In this document: positions 36,867-51,200 of the stretch, one piece after another
Layout: each line of letters starts with the position of its first letter
Position numbering within the stretch: position 1 is the stretch's first letter
The notes under the pieces: generated by a model
Told to the model about the DNA's origin: nothing
Seen by the model: the letters and a program-made list of their open reading frames with translations, nothing else
The model's database searches: none
DNA from: Sphaerodactylus townsendi
Lineage: Eukaryota
Assembly: GCF_021028975.2 (NCBI RefSeq)
Contig: NC_059436.1
Location: 58,900,001 to 58,964,000, forward strand
DNA: 64,000 nt
Direction of reading: 5' to 3'
Translations under genes and position numbers: made by a program

Positions 36867-39800
36867 TGTAAGGAATTCCAAAGAGCAGAAATAAAAGGCT
36901 TTTGGATATAAGACCGTTTATTCAGACATCTTAGAAAGCACACACACACGACATGACAGGAATGAGGCCTCCCACCCAAACTACAGGTTATAACTCAATC
37001 CCTTCCCCCTCCCTGGGCCATCCAGGCCCATCTCATGGGAGCGGAGATGCCTATCTTGCAGTCAGCAAAGATAAGCCGTCCACCAAAGGTTAAGTTTACC
37101 CGTCACGATTCTGTAGCCCGCTCGCCCGGCTGGGAGGCGATTCTGTCAAGGAGCCAGCTGGCTCTGGGGAGAGAACCAGAGCAGACCTATGCCATCCTTA
37201 CACTCTGCTTCCCCCAAGGAAAACCTCCCCGAGCTTGTCAGGAAGAGGCTTTTGTGAAGAAGAAACAGCAATGTGAGGGAGGGGGCATCAATATTTTCTG
37301 TATATGCCATTGATTATGTGCCAGGAGGGATATGCCACAACCCATGAAACCAGAAGTACTGTAGGATGATTAAGTGGAAAAAGCGGGAGTCCAGAATAGC
37401 ACTCTATTTCAAAGTGCTTGTGGCCATCAATTGCACTTAACTGGCGGGGGGTGGCTCCGGAGAGTGCGTTGCCAGGAGCATCCTGGTGGAATTTTCATGG
37501 AACCTCCTTGAGCAGAAGCTGGAATGGAAGACAGGGTGAATGTTGTCTGCTGCAACATGATTTAGAGCAGTTCCCAAAACGAGCGGTAACATCATTGATC
37601 ACCTTTAGCCATGTATCCGAAAAGGGCCCGCAAATTTCTTGCCAAGGATTTTGAATGGCACATTGCCTGCCGCGTCTCTAGGGTTTTTAGTGGAACAAAT
37701 AGACCCGCCCCAACTGCACTTATAAGGGAAGTCCGGCGGTACGCTTGTCCGCTTCCTGAACCTTTTTGTGATTGCTTGGGCCTGCTGTAAAAGGTGGAGC
37801 TGCACTGTTTTCCAACCCCTCGGCTAGCGAAGAAATCCATTTGTTTACACGAGATTCTGGAGGCTGCGAATTTACCTCTGCAGGAAGCTGGGAACAACTA
37901 TGGTGGAAGAATATGACCGACCAAGGAAACAATCTCGAACGGCAGGTCTTTTCTAGCGTGCTACTATGAATGGCATTTGTTATCACGCATACTCTGCAAA
38001 AGAAGTGCATCGCACCAATTGTCCCTGATGATAGTATAACAAGCGTAAATACTGTTCTAGCGATTCTGTTCGTCTGCGTTCTGAGTTGGCCCGTCACTTT
38101 GAAGGCGATGGTAGAAGGCGACGACGCTGGGGTGGTTCCCAACAGCTCCAGGAGAAGGCCTTCCAAAACTCAGATATGAATTAGAGGACCGCGGTTCGGA
38201 TACAACCATATAGGAGAGGAGTGTAGGCGATATAGATATGTTGGAATAAACAAGCAGAATAGGATTTAGGTTGCCGACGGCGGATGGTGGTGCAAGGGAA
38301 TAAAATGCGCCTGTTTAGAAAAAGATCCGCCACCTACCCATAAAACAGTGTTCCCGTGGCTTTCCGACAAATCGGTTATAAAATCCATGGAAAATGACTT
38401 GCCAGGGTCCCGAGATGCAACAGGGAGGGTTTGGCAATAGCCCATCGCGGCTTTCGGTATCGACTTGGCTTCCGCACAGGCGGAACACCTGCTGATATCG
38501 TGTTCAATGTCTTTGCGCATGGAAGCGCTCACCAGAACTATCGGCCGGGCCAGATTTGCAACGTGGTTCAAAACCGAAGTGCCCAGCAGGCGGGCATCAT
38601 GACATGTTGAGAACCCACCCGCCTCCGGCGAGGAGGGAGGGACGTAGAGGGGGCCATTACACTTGCCTCCCCATTTCCAAACACCATCTCCTCTAAACCC
38701 AGTTGTGAATCTCCTTCCTCGCCACGACCAGTTACATGCGGAATTCCCGCCTCCTTGAATCCCTGGAGGAGAGGGGAGGCGATGTTAGGGATGGTGTAGA
38801 CCGGAGAGGAAGGAGCTGCCGTAATTTGTGATGGGGTGACAGCTAACTGAGCTGGGAGGGAGAAAGCACGGTGCGCGGGATATCTATCTGTAGTAATGTT
38901 TCCCCCCCCTCCCCGGGAAGGCGAGGACAAGCCCGCATCAAAATACCGGTTTGTTGCTTTACCAGGAAAGAAATGGACGGTGAAAGAGAACCTGGAGAAA
39001 AAAAAATCATTAGCGCAATTGTTTAGCAGACATTTTTTTGAGTGGTGTGGACAGGGCAGCCAGATTTTTATGATCTGATAAACCTGGAAGGGGTGTTTGG
39101 CTCCTTCTAGCCAGAGGTAATAAACACTCAATACCGGCTTTGATAGCCGCGGTCTCCTTATCTCCCAATGAATTACAGCGGAGAAATACTGGCTGGGTTT
39201 AAAAACGTGCAGGACTGGCTTCACCTCCTAGAGGACACCATCCATTTGGAGTGAGAGGAATGGGTTTCACCAAAGGGACTTCGGTCTAAAACCAAGTTAA
39301 GTCGACCACTTGTGGCCTCATGAGATGCAATGGGAACAGCCCAAGTCCACAGGTCACGGAAAGCCAAGAATAGCGCGATATGTTGCTTGGGTTGGCTAAG
39401 TGTAAGTTCAAAATGGTAATGGGAGCACTGCAGCTTCACTGCTACGCATCTGGAGTGGGGTTAATGTCCCTCGGGTGCTGCTGACAGGCAGAAGCTACAT
39501 CTCCGTCCTCGAAATCTTCCTCGATAGCAGCTTTAAAACTGATCCCTGGAAGTGCGTGGACCCATGATTTACGATGGAGGCTTGGCTGAAACACCAAAGG
39601 CGTGTAGAAGAATTTGGGGTTTTGCTTCAACCCCGGACAGTCGGCAAAGGTGCCCAGGCCCCCATTGCGCAGTAAGAAGAGCCGATAATCGCCAAAGCGG
39701 CGGCGACGTTCAGGCGTGGATTTCAGCTGCCAAGCGGCAGGAGTTGGATTTGCGAGTAATTGGTGCTGGTGTGCATTGATGGCGGGTTTTAGGCGCTAGG

Positions 39801-42148
39801 CGGCCATCTCTTGCAGCAGGCAGCGCGCAAGACGGGCAGCTGACTTGTGATCCCAGGATTCGATCCATTAGGCTATTGTCCGCGGGATCCGGATGAGGAT
39901 AACCGTTTCGAAGCAGTTTGAATGTCCATGCCTTGAAAAGTACTCACATTTCATGCGTTCCGGCCAATCTGGAGGGAGTTTACTGGCCGCTACACGCAGA
40001 TTTCCGAACGTATTCAGCCCAGCGAAAGAAGCGGTTACCTTGTTGGAACGTGGTTTTATATGCGTATTGCAGCGTTTTTTCTGCATCGAGATGCTTACCG
40101 GAAACAGAAGGCGTAGCATATATGGACGGAACCCCGCCACTGTGCGGTGTCGTCAGCCTATGACTGGCAATTGCGGTAGAGAGTAGCGAACCGATTCAGC
40201 CACTACCTGCCATCCAGTACCTTTGATCAATGTGCTACGGACTTTCTCGCGTTCTCAGAACGATACATAGGTCATCATACTCTTCGCGCATACTGGGCAT
40301 CGAGGTTGCTTCTAGAATGAAGTAAGTAGGGGAGTTTGATGCACGTCCCGTCAAAACGAAGCTGGGATGGAAGCTGGTCTGTAAAATCCTCTCTCAACAG
40401 TTCGAGATTATGCGTGTTGAGGTTGTTACTGTAGGTGGCCTGGTTGTTGCAAGGGAGTAGAAAATTATGGCGGAGCTGGAAGGAACCGGGAAAGAACTGA
40501 AGGCGCCCTATTACAGGTTGGGGGCGGCTGAAATCGGAACCTCGAGAAAGTACCGTGCCTCCGGCAGGAGGGGAACTGAAGGCGTCCGGGGAGAAGGTAT
40601 GGCCTCTATCACGGAGCGCTTGCCAGTGTAGCCCGCAACTGTTTTCGCCGAAATCTGCCGATTCTAGGAATCGACCGAAGCTCTTTCTTTCGCTAGCGTC
40701 AATTCAAAAAAAAGGTCGTCCCGCAGATGCGCATGCACAGAGCCGCACTACGATCCGATTTAGCTTTCGTTCATCGCGCATTTGTATGGCTGTAGTCAGT
40801 TCAATTCTGCGTTTGGATGGCCTTGATGCCTTCGCGCTGGCGTTGTAAATCCATTTTTGATTGATCCAGTACTTTATCGCGAACTGTCAGATTCTTTGCT
40901 TGGAACTGTCGGCATAGCGCTTCTCTTTTCAGCGATCCAACTCTATTTTGCGGATTTCTGCGCGTTACTTCCTCACCGGTCCCGTTGCAGATTTTCCGTA
41001 GCTCTCCTCTTCCCAGAGTTCGCGTTAACGCTCCAGAGCAAGTTTGGCTTCCACGCCCAGCAGGCTACTTCATACGTCCCAACTTTTCCTTCGAGAGCAT
41101 TGGGAGCGAGATCGTCAGGATCCGGGATTAAGTTCCACCTCCAGAGCGGACTTCTTTCGATTCCTCCGACCGGCTCCACGGAGCTCTTCCATCCGTTCAC
41201 CTTGCTCCCGAGCTCTGGAGCGCAGTTTTAGTAATAAGAACCCTCTACCCGATCATCGAATCCAACTTCGCATCGCTATAGTTCCAGCCTCAACACGTAG
41301 TGCTTGGGGGTACGCGCCCCGGTGCACTGTGCCACTGCTGCTCCTTAGGAATATCATCAAAAGTACTTGTCTAGGAATCTTTCCATGGATTCCCTGGAAT
41401 TGTCCTTTATGGATGGTTGTCCAGTCCCAGTTCCCTCCAGGGACTGGCAGCTGCATTTAAGGAGTTTATAATCCACTCGTTGTCGGAGGGAAATGAACGG
41501 TCCAAGCAAGGCGCCGATCCATGGATATTGCACCAAAGCGTTTCATGCATCTCCCACGTGAAATCGGACCCACCTGATATTCATCCCAATCCTGAAACAA
41601 AGACGAACTTAATACTGTCTCTAGGTCTGGAGAGAGTCACCAGAGAAATCGGGCCATCTCCATACCTAGATCCCTCCCGGAATCTGGAAGGGAAGGCTCG
41701 AAGCCCTCTATGGGGGAGACTTCATAAATTGCCTTCCACATGGTCAAGCGTACTCCAATCTCTGCATGTCGAAACACCAGAGATCCGCTTCGATGTAACA
41801 AGCGTAGGTTAAAAGTGAGTTACCTGTCAAGCAATGTAAGGAATTTCCAAAGAGAGCAGAAATAAAAGGCTTTTGGATATAAGACCGTTTATTCAGACAT
41901 CTTAGAAGCACACACACACGACATGACAGGAATGAGGCCTCCCGCCCAAACTACAGGTTATAACTCAATCCCTTCCCCCTCCCTGGGCCATCCAGGCCCA
42001 TCTCATGGGAACGGAATGCTCATCTTGGTCAGCAAGATAAGCCGTCCACCAAGGTTGTTGCCGCCGATTCTGGCCCGCCGCCCGGCTGGAGGCATTCCGT
42101 CAAGGCCAGCTGGCTGGGAGAGAACCAGGCAGACCTGCCATCCTTACA
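36867..42148 (-). mobile_element. Gypsy G: chromovirus-like, internally deleted (no RT)
   Basis: LTRs 36867-37202 and 41835-42148; TSD GTTGG; PPT GGGGGAAGCAGAG; SMDFITDL and LEGAKHPFQV remnants. Confidence 0.9.
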
Positions 42149-43822
42149 GTTGGATTTGCGTGACGGAGTCTGGTGCCGTGGCTTGTTGCTGTATGTGCCG
42201 CCCCATTTGCGTTCTCAAATCCTCCGCCAGGGGCACGATTCCAAGTCAGCAGGTCATTTTGGTTTTGTGAAAACTTTGCATTTGCTCCGCAGACAGTTTT
42301 GGTGGAAGACTATGCGTAAATATATTGAGGCTTATATTAAAGGTTGTTCTGTCTTGCTATGGCAAAAACAATTCAAAGAAAGCCCCATGGATTGTTACAG
42401 GACATTACTTTGCCCAATGAGCCCTGGCAGGTGATTTCAATGGACTTTATTACGGACTTGCCTTTGAGTCATGGCGAAACAGTGATATGGACTGTGGTTG
42501 ATCTGTTCTCTAAGCAGGCTCATTTTATTCTGTGTGCTTCCATCCCCACTGCCCAGAAACTGGCTGAACTGTTTATGCTGCATATTTACAGATTGCATTC
42601 TGCCCCCAGGAAAATAATCATGGACAGGGGTTCACAATTTCTCTCCCACTTTTGGAGGGCGTTCATGAAGTTGTTGGGCATTGAACAAGGGGTGTCTTTC
42701 GCGTTTCACCCCCAATCTGATGGAGAGAGTGAGAGATTCCAACAGACTTTGGAACAGTATCTAAGGTGTTATGTGAATTATCAGCAGGATGACTGGGTTG
42801 ACCTTTTGCCCTATGCGGAATATGCCTATAACTCTGCATAGTAGCATAGGCAAGACTCCTTTTGAGGTGGTTCATGGCTGTTTGGCACCCCCTTTGCCCA
42901 TGCTTCAGTTGGGGGATGCTCCTGGCTCGTAACTTAATGATTGGATGCAGTCTGTTGCTGATCAATGACCCCAGATTGTGCAAGCATTTCAGGAAGCTAG
43001 AGACTCATAAAAGCGACAGGCTGATAATCACAGACGTGACTTCCCTCTAGTGGTATGCCCTCTCCAACCTTCGGTGCACACATAGGCCCTCAAAATTAAG
43101 TGCCAAGTATATAGGGCCCTTTAAGATTATCAGGGTGATCAATAAGGTGACTTCTGAACTGGAACTACCTAATGCGTTGCATAAAATACACCGTGTTTCA
43201 TTGCAGCTTACTGAAGAAGACGAGTTCACCCGATGTCTGGCATCCTGAGATGACGGTTCCTCCTCCGGTTCTGATTAATGGAACTAAACATTATGAACTT
43301 TCTGACATTCTTGATTCTCGCATCTATCGGAACCGCTTGCAGTATTTGGTCTCTTGGAAAGGTTGTTTACCTGGGCAGAATCAATGGATTTTTGCTGAAA
43401 ATGTTAAAGCCTCCCACCTCGTTAAAGCTTTTCATCGATGCTGCCCAAGCAAGCAGGGGGGAGGGCCCTAGAGGGAGCAGAATGTCAGGAGGCCTGTTGT
43501 TTAAGGGATTTGCTTATGCTGATTTCTGGATGCTGTGGGTGGAAGAATGGGTTAATTGCATTTCTAACTGACTTTTCTCTGTCTTCTGTATGATGTTATA
43601 CTGTACCAGGTGCTGCCCAAGGTCAGTGCCTGGCTGTCTTCACTGTTATCTTTTGCAGTCCTTTTGGGCATGCATTCCCACAATGGGGGGAGTGCACACT
43701 GCTTTAACCATAGGGGTTTACGCAGGCAGACCTCAGTTCTGGCATTGACCAGAGAAGATCTCATTTACCAATAAACTACTGTTCTTTTACATGAGTTTGT
43801 TGCAGTTTTTGGGATTCTGACA

Positions 43823-45336
43823 GCAGTTTTGGTGGTGTTCCATGCACCGGGACATTGAACTTTATATAAAAGGGTGTCCTGTCTGTGCCATGGCCAAGAG
43901 GGTTCCAGGAAAGCCTTCAGGGTTGTTGCACCCACTGGAATCTCCCGATGGCCCATGGAAAGTAATTTCAATGGATTTCATTACTGATCTGCCACTTAGC
44001 AATGGCAAAGCAGTTATCTGGATGGTGGTGGACTTATTTTCTAAACAGGGGCATTTCATTCCTTGTGCCTCCATCCCAACTGCTCAGAAATTGGCTCAGT
44101 TGTTTGTCCAACATATCTACCAGTTGCATTCAACCCCTGATAAGATCCTATCCGACAGCGAAAGCCAATTTATCTCTAAGTTTTGGAAAGCCTTTTTGGG
44201 ACTATTGAGAATTGATCAAGGACTCTCCTCTCCATACTATCCCCAATCAGATGGAGAATCGGAGAGATCCAATGAAACATTGGTGTTTGCGGTGCTATGT
44301 GGATTATCAACAGAACAATTGGGTGGAGTTACTGCCGTTTGCTGAATATGCCTATAATAATGCGGTTCACAGTAGTATTGGCACACAGTAGTACTGGCAA
44401 AACCCCTTTTGAAGTTTGGTCGCTCTGCAAAACCCCTTCCTTTCCTGTCCCATGGTGCTGCGGTTCCTCCTGAGTTCAAAGAATGGATCCAGGCTTTGGC
44501 AGTCGGTTGGCCATCCATTCAGAAAGCCTTGCAAAAGCATCAGGAATTGTGTAGCCTGAAAGCTTGGCAGGCTGATAGAAGCATGAAAAGGCGACGCCCC
44601 CCTAGCAGTTGGCGACATGGTATATCTCTCTACAAAGAACCTGCATGATATTCATAAGCCTACCAAGCTGGGATTTCGATACATTGGTCCTTATAGAGTG
44701 ATTAAAGTGATTAATGGAGTCACTGCTGAACTTGACTTGCCAAAGGCTTTGCAGAAGATTCATCCTGTGTTTCATTGCAGCTTGCTGAAGAATGGCATCC
44801 AGAGTCTACTTTAACTCCTCCTGTGCTGATTGATGGGAGGAGCACCATGAAATCTCTGCTATTTGGGACTCTTGCATCATAACCACTTGCAATATTTGGT
44901 ATCCTGGAAAGGCTGGCTACCTGGACATGACCAGTGGGTCTATGAAGAAAATATCAAGGATCCTAGACTCATTTGGGAGTTTCATCACAACTGTCCAAGC
45001 AAACCATGGGGAGGGCCCTAGAGGGAGTGGAAATGTCAGGATGCTTTAGGGGTGGTGGGGCTACTTAGCACTTTGGGCTTATTGTGGATTGGGAATATTG
45101 GTCTGTATTTCATTTCTTGCCGCTTACCACCAGGTCAGCTCCAACAAACTTTTGGTCTTATCAAACTGTCTGCATATTTCTCTGTCTGTTCACATGGAGG
45201 GGGGTGTCTCCTCACTTCTTATTACTGATGTTTGTGTGTGGAAAAGTCAATTCTGGCTTTTCCAAGCTGCTCTCTGGTTGCCTGAATAAACCTCTGTTCT
45301 CTACAAGATGTTGTTTCTTTCACTGGAGATTTGACA
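43823..45336 (+). mobile_element. Gypsy C: integrase, chromodomain and 3' LTR (45034-45336); same family as Gypsy D
   Basis: ISMDFITDLP, HPVFH, PPT AGAGGGAGTGGAAA; LTR homologous to 57694-58007. Confidence 0.9.
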
Positions 45337-45339
45337 GTG

Positions 45340-45660
45340 GCTCACTGGGGCGCTACCCAGGTTAAGAATATCTGAGACCCAAAGAAGGTCCTCGAGGTGA
45401 CAGGAGCACTATGGTTGAAGCAACAGGGAGCCCTGTTCATGACAATTCACATTATTATATCCAGCACTTGATGAACTCTGGCTCTCAAGAATATGCTCCC
45501 TCCCCACACAACTGAGTTTAAAGCCCTCCTTGTCAGGTTTATGAGCCTCCTAACAAAAGTGTTTCTGCCAATCGCTGCTTGGTGCAGCCCATTACTTGAC
45601 TTGCCAGAAGTCCATCTTCATGGCAAATTATGGTCCAAGAAGCCAAGAATTGATGGGTCT
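45340..45660 (-). mobile_element. Old CR1 fragment (ORF1 end)
   Basis: Resembles the CR1 esterase C-terminus (GLHQ...F...L..LTRRALN); heavily decayed. Confidence 0.4.
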
Positions 45661-46826
45661 AAGAATCAATAGGGCAATGGCCTGCTCTGCAGCCCCAGAG
45701 TGCCCAGCCATAGCCAAATCTGTTTGGCTTTTGATGGTCCCATGCCAAAGCCCAATGTACTCCTGACTTTGATCTTTTTTGTTTCTTCAGATGTAGCACC
45801 AGATTTGGAAGATTTTGGCCCTTTCCACACAAACCTTTTAAAATGTTTTGAGGTAGGAAATAAAATGTTTCCTCCATGAAGTTCCACATGGTTTTAACCG
45901 CCCAAACATTTTATTTGAATCCCCTAGATAGTTTTAAATTAATCCCCTTTTAAAACAATTCTCTGGTTGAAACATTTTGAAAACGTCTTCAGTTGCTGTG
46001 TAATGTATTTACTATGTTTCCCATGCTTCTCTGCTTTCCGCGAACTTCCTCCTCAGAACCATTTTTCCAGCTCACTCTCCATTCCCTCTCACTTGTTTAT
46101 TTGTTCATTTCTGTTTCTTTTTTAAAAAATTGGTGTGTGTGTGTGTGTGGGGGGGGTAATCTTCAAGGTCAATTCTTATTGATATATATACCATCCAGGC
46201 TGAAACAACTGCTTCAAAAGCAATAACTTCCCATTGGAGTGAAATAGTTTTTACTTATAAGTAACAATGATATATGCACAACAGTAGTATTAAATACACA
46301 ACACAAGCAATAAAGCAAAACAGCTAATTGGAATCTAGGTAGTGCCGACCTCGTTAAAAAACTTCAAGGCTGCTCAATCGGACTGCACTCTGCAAGTTTT
46401 TTCCATGCTCCTTGCAAACGTATATTTGATTGTACTGTTGTGCATATCATTGTTACTGTTCAGCCTGGATTATATATATAATCTCTTATTGACCCTGTGG
46501 TTGTGTACCTTCCCCTTTTGGTTACTATGGGGTAATCTTCAAGGCATCGATTATGGGAGGTATGGAGAATAGTTGGAAGGAGCTTTGAGGCACTAAAGCA
46601 TCACTTCAACACAGAACTCAAAAGGAAAAATCAAATAATGGTGGCCTTATGCTGAAAGGGCCATTCAGTCCTCCTTCATAGGTAAGTAATCATTTTATTT
46701 GAGTTGCGGTGGAGCAAACAGTTTAGACTGACTGCAGCAACAGGGCTATTCAGATTAGAAAAGACAGCCCACAGTCACTCAGGACAGCCTGCAAAATCTA
46801 CATAGCCCTCCTTGTAGTAACTGGAG

Positions 46827-47289
46827 CAGAAATGTATTGGGGGAAATGGTGCCCAGGGACAACACCTTCTCTGGGCACCCCCTGCCCCCCCACTCGGGGT
46901 TGTGGCTTGGGGACAAGGCTCGGGGGTGCCGAGCCCTGCCGCCACCTGCCGCTGAGCCCCAACCCCCCAACAGGCTAGCTCCTGCTGTCCCCATGCCCTG
47001 GGGAGGGCAAAAGCCAGCCTGCATGGAGTCTGGGGGCACAGGGCTCAGTGGCGGTGGGTGACCCAGGTGGGCACCATGGCCGCCCACCACTGAGCCCTCC
47101 CTCCCTGCAGGCTGGCTCCTGCCATCCCCAGGCCCTGGGGCAGCAGGAGGTGGAGTGGGGCTTGGTGGTGTGTGACTGAGGCACATGTCATTTTGTCATG
47201 TGGGGGTGCCCAGTGCCCTACCATGTGATGGAAAGCCATGTGCCCGGGGACATGGGTGCTCCCATGCCCCTATAGGCTGTATGCCTCTG
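46827..47289. mobile_element. hAT-type MITE
   Basis: CAGA...TCTG imperfect TIRs; 8-bp TSD AACTGGAG/AACTGGGG. Confidence 0.65.
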
Positions 47290-48283
47290 AACTGGGGCAT
47301 GACCTAAGCAGTCTGGATGACTGAAGCCCCACTGAAATAGAACTGATTCTATCACCACTATAATTGGTATTGATATTGCTGACATTAATAATTTTCTGGG
47401 AAATGGCTACAATAATATTTTAATACCATAAAAATCTCTGTTGAATGCCAGCTCCTTTGGCCATATTTTATTTTACGAAGCACAGCAGATACTTTCATCT
47501 GGAAAAGCAACGACTCTCCTTTTCTGGCTATAAAGCCAATCCCCCTACACTTTCACAGTGGCAGTGGTCTACCAACCATGGGTCGAGAGGTTGCTCAAAT
47601 CTTGTCCCTTGGGGTGATTGAACTGTCAAAGAGAGCCTGGCGCAGCCCCATCATGGTGGTTCCCAAGCCGGTTCGCTTTTGCGTGGACTACCGAGGGGTA
47701 AAGGCAATAATGCAATTTGATGCCTACTCCATGCCTCGGGCGGAACACTTAGTTCAACAACTCAGAATGGCCCATTAGCTGTCCGCTTTGGACCTCACCA
47801 AAGGCTACTGGCAGGTCCTCATGCGGGAACAGGATAAGGAAAAAACCGCCTTCGCCACACACGAAGGCCTGTTTCAGTTCACTGTGATGCCTTTTGGTCT
47901 ACACGGCACGGCCGCAACCTTTCAGCATCTAGTTGACACTGTGCTGGCCACATGTCATCCTTTCGCAGTCGCCTATATCGATGACATCCTTATCTTCAGC
48001 GAAGATTGGGATGCCCATCTGTGGCAGGCAGGCCTCACAGTGAACCCCAAAAAGAGCCATCTTGGTTTCCAAGAATTAAAGTTTCTGGGTTATATAGTGG
48101 GAAAGGGGGTCCTTCGACCTCAACCCAGTAAAGTAGCCTCTATTGAAAGCTGTACGGCCCCCACAACCAAATGATGCTTATGGCAATTCCTAGACCTTGT
48201 GGGCTATTATAGCAAATTCATCCCTGGTTTTGCCACTCAGGCGGCCCCTTTAACCGACTTGCTGCAGAAAGACTGCCCCACAA

Positions 48284-51200
48284 GTGCAAGGATTTTATTA
48301 GCAGGTAACTTGAACGCAAGGATGGGCCCAAACGACTCCATGCTGATCTCTAAATTTAAGGCAAAATTGAGTTTCTTAGAGAGAGAGACTTCTTATGGAC
48401 CGTGTATATCAAGGTGCAGCAAAGACGGTGCAAACTTTGCCGGTGCTTGCCTTAGGCTACTTGCCTATAAATTAAGTTTCTCTATACTAAATGGATCTTT
48501 CTCAGGTCACCATCCTGGAGAATTCACATTTATGGCTGGGACCAAGACAAGCACTATTGATTATATGTTGGTTGACGAACCTCTGCTCGCCCAGATAAAT
48601 AACTTTCAGGTACTCCCATACTTGGAAGGGGACCACTTCCCTCTCCTCTTACAAATAACAACAGGAGCAAATCTAAAACAAGACAATCATATTCACCAAA
48701 TAGAAATGAATGCCACAGCACATCCTGGTGTTAGGGCCAAATGGTGACAGACTAGACTCAAAGGTCAAGGAGATTCTGACCCAAGAAAGGTTAGGTCTTT
48801 TACAGAGAGCCATGCAAACTGGACATCCACATAACGATCCTATTAATACGTACAATTGTCTGATCCAAGACTTGAAATCCTGCATCTTCGCCAAGAACAC
48901 TGAAAGACCTATGAAAAGCAAGTTCTTTTCTAAGCCCTGGTTTGATCATGCGTGCAAACTTGCAAAAAACACTCTAGATGCCACCTTTAGGCAAGCCCGA
49001 AAGGCTGATGAAAGCAACAAAGAAGTATACTCTACCTTGCTAACCGCCAAAAAGGACTACAAGGCTCAAATTACGCTTAGCAAGAAAGAATATACTAAAT
49101 CCCTCTGGAAGGCGCTTATAGGGGCTGTCAAAACCAAGAATCAATCCTTATTTTGGAAGATAATCACAGGCAAAGATGCAAATCATGTAACAGCTATCTC
49201 CACAGGAATCCCAGCTAACAGTTGGGCCTCCTTTTTTCAGTCTCTTTATGACTGGCCAGACCATACCCAACCCCCTCCGGATACTAAAAACCTACCAAAA
49301 TGGCCTCCCGCTTCTCCAGCAGCAGTAAAGTCATATATAAAACAGTTTAAAAACGGGAAGGCTCTGGGGATTGATGGTATCTCCCCAGAACTATTGAAAG
49401 AGAACATTGACTGGTGGGCTCCCTTTCTTGCATCCTTGTTCACCCATCTCAATGAATCCTGCCGGCTACCAAAAGACTGGGAAATGGCCATAATTGTTCC
49501 CTTCTACAAAAGGGGAAACAAGATGGACCCTTCAAACTACAGACCCATAAGCTTACTTAACATGATTAGCAAGCTATACGCAAAACACCTATTAGAAAAA
49601 CTCTGAATGGTTGGGTACAGAATCAGTTCTAGTCCCGGGCCAGGCGGGATTCCGAGAAGGCCACTCAACGCTAGACCACTTCCTAGTAATCCAACACCTC
49701 ATAGAGAAATATGCGTCCAGCAAAGAAACCTCATTATATGCGGCATTTATAGATCTAAAAGCGGCATTCGACTCTGTTTGCAGGGCAAGACTCTGGTATA
49801 AATTGAAGGCCACCACCATAGATCAGAGACTGCTAGCGCTTATCCAACTTATGCATAACACTAATTTAAGAGTCAGATATAACCGAATTGGCTTTTTAAC
49901 TGACACAATTAAAACATATAAGGGTGTAAGACAGGGTTGTCTTCTTGCCCCAACATTATTCATTTTCTATCTGAATGACTTAGTCTCCCATCTAAATGAT
50001 CCATCGTTCCACCCTCCTAAGTTAGCTAACAAACACATTTCAGCCCTGCTGTACGCTGATGATGCGGTAATTCTTTCAAGAACCTCCATTGGCCTTAAAA
50101 GAGCCCTAAATAAGTTCACACAATACTGCCAGCACGAATATCTAACAATAAATTTCAAAAAACTAAGATTCTTGCTTTTGGAAATTGCCCCAGATCTAGA
50201 AAGTGGCAGTTAGCAGGAAACAAGATTGAACAGGTTCGCAGTTACAAATATTTAGGGGTGGTACTCCAGGCCTCAGGCTCCAAATCTATCCATCACACTC
50301 AAATGGCAAATGCCAGCAAGAGGTCTGCAAATAGCATTCTATTTTTTTTATACAAGAGGAGGTTCCTATGTTCCAGCAGCGATAAAACTGTTTAAAGCAA
50401 AAATTATCCCGAAATTAGTCTATGGATCCTTTCTAGGATCTCCCTCCTCATCACTTGCTCCGCTAGAAAGAGTACAATCCAAGTTTTTAAGATCCCTGAT
50501 ACAAGTTCCAAAAAACATCTCCAACTCATGGATAAGGCTCGAAACTGGGATGTTAAAAATTGAAGCCTTGGTTTGTTTATTATCAATCACAAAATGGCTT
50601 GGCTGTTTTTATCGTCCCCGAGGTTTTCCCCCCTGATCTTCCAGGATCATTTTCAATCCAGCTGGCATAAGTCAGTTCAAACTTCCATACGGCAGATGGG
50701 ATTTTCAGTAGAAACTCTTAGAGCCATAGGAGCTGAAAGGGCCTGTATACTAGTAAAAAAAAAATCTGACATAGGGAGACAAACAGACCTACAGAAGTGC
50801 CCTAAATTCCTTGCACCGGAACATTTAAGATGGCAAGTTAGTACAGCACCATATCTGTTCTTTTTGGAAAACAGCAACACGAGAAGATCTTTTACATTGG
50901 CCAGATGCAACTCTCTTCCCTCAGAGGGAAAATAAAGTTCCCTACGAAAAAAGGCTTTGCCCTTGCCCCCTAGGCGAAATTGACACTACTGATCACATGC
51001 TTTTTAGATGCCCCATGTACGATCAGCCCCAAAAGGAAATCCTTAGTCCTGTCCTGTCTGCCTTAACCGGCCTAAATCATAATGATTTACTGGACTATAT
51101 ATTGTCAGGCAGAAACCAGAAAACCACGAAACGGCACGTTTCTGTGCACTCATCTGTAAAGACAAAAAGAGATACCCTGTGGCCGAATAGTCAAAGGAAG

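Larger units (their letters stand above)
27107..43822 (+). mobile_element. Gypsy B (same family as A), 5'-deleted; split by Rex1, the full-length LINE and Gypsy G
   Basis: Pieces 27107-27361, 28994-29198, 34945-36866 and 42149-43822 are collinear with Gypsy A; 3' LTR 43483-43822. Confidence 0.92.
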
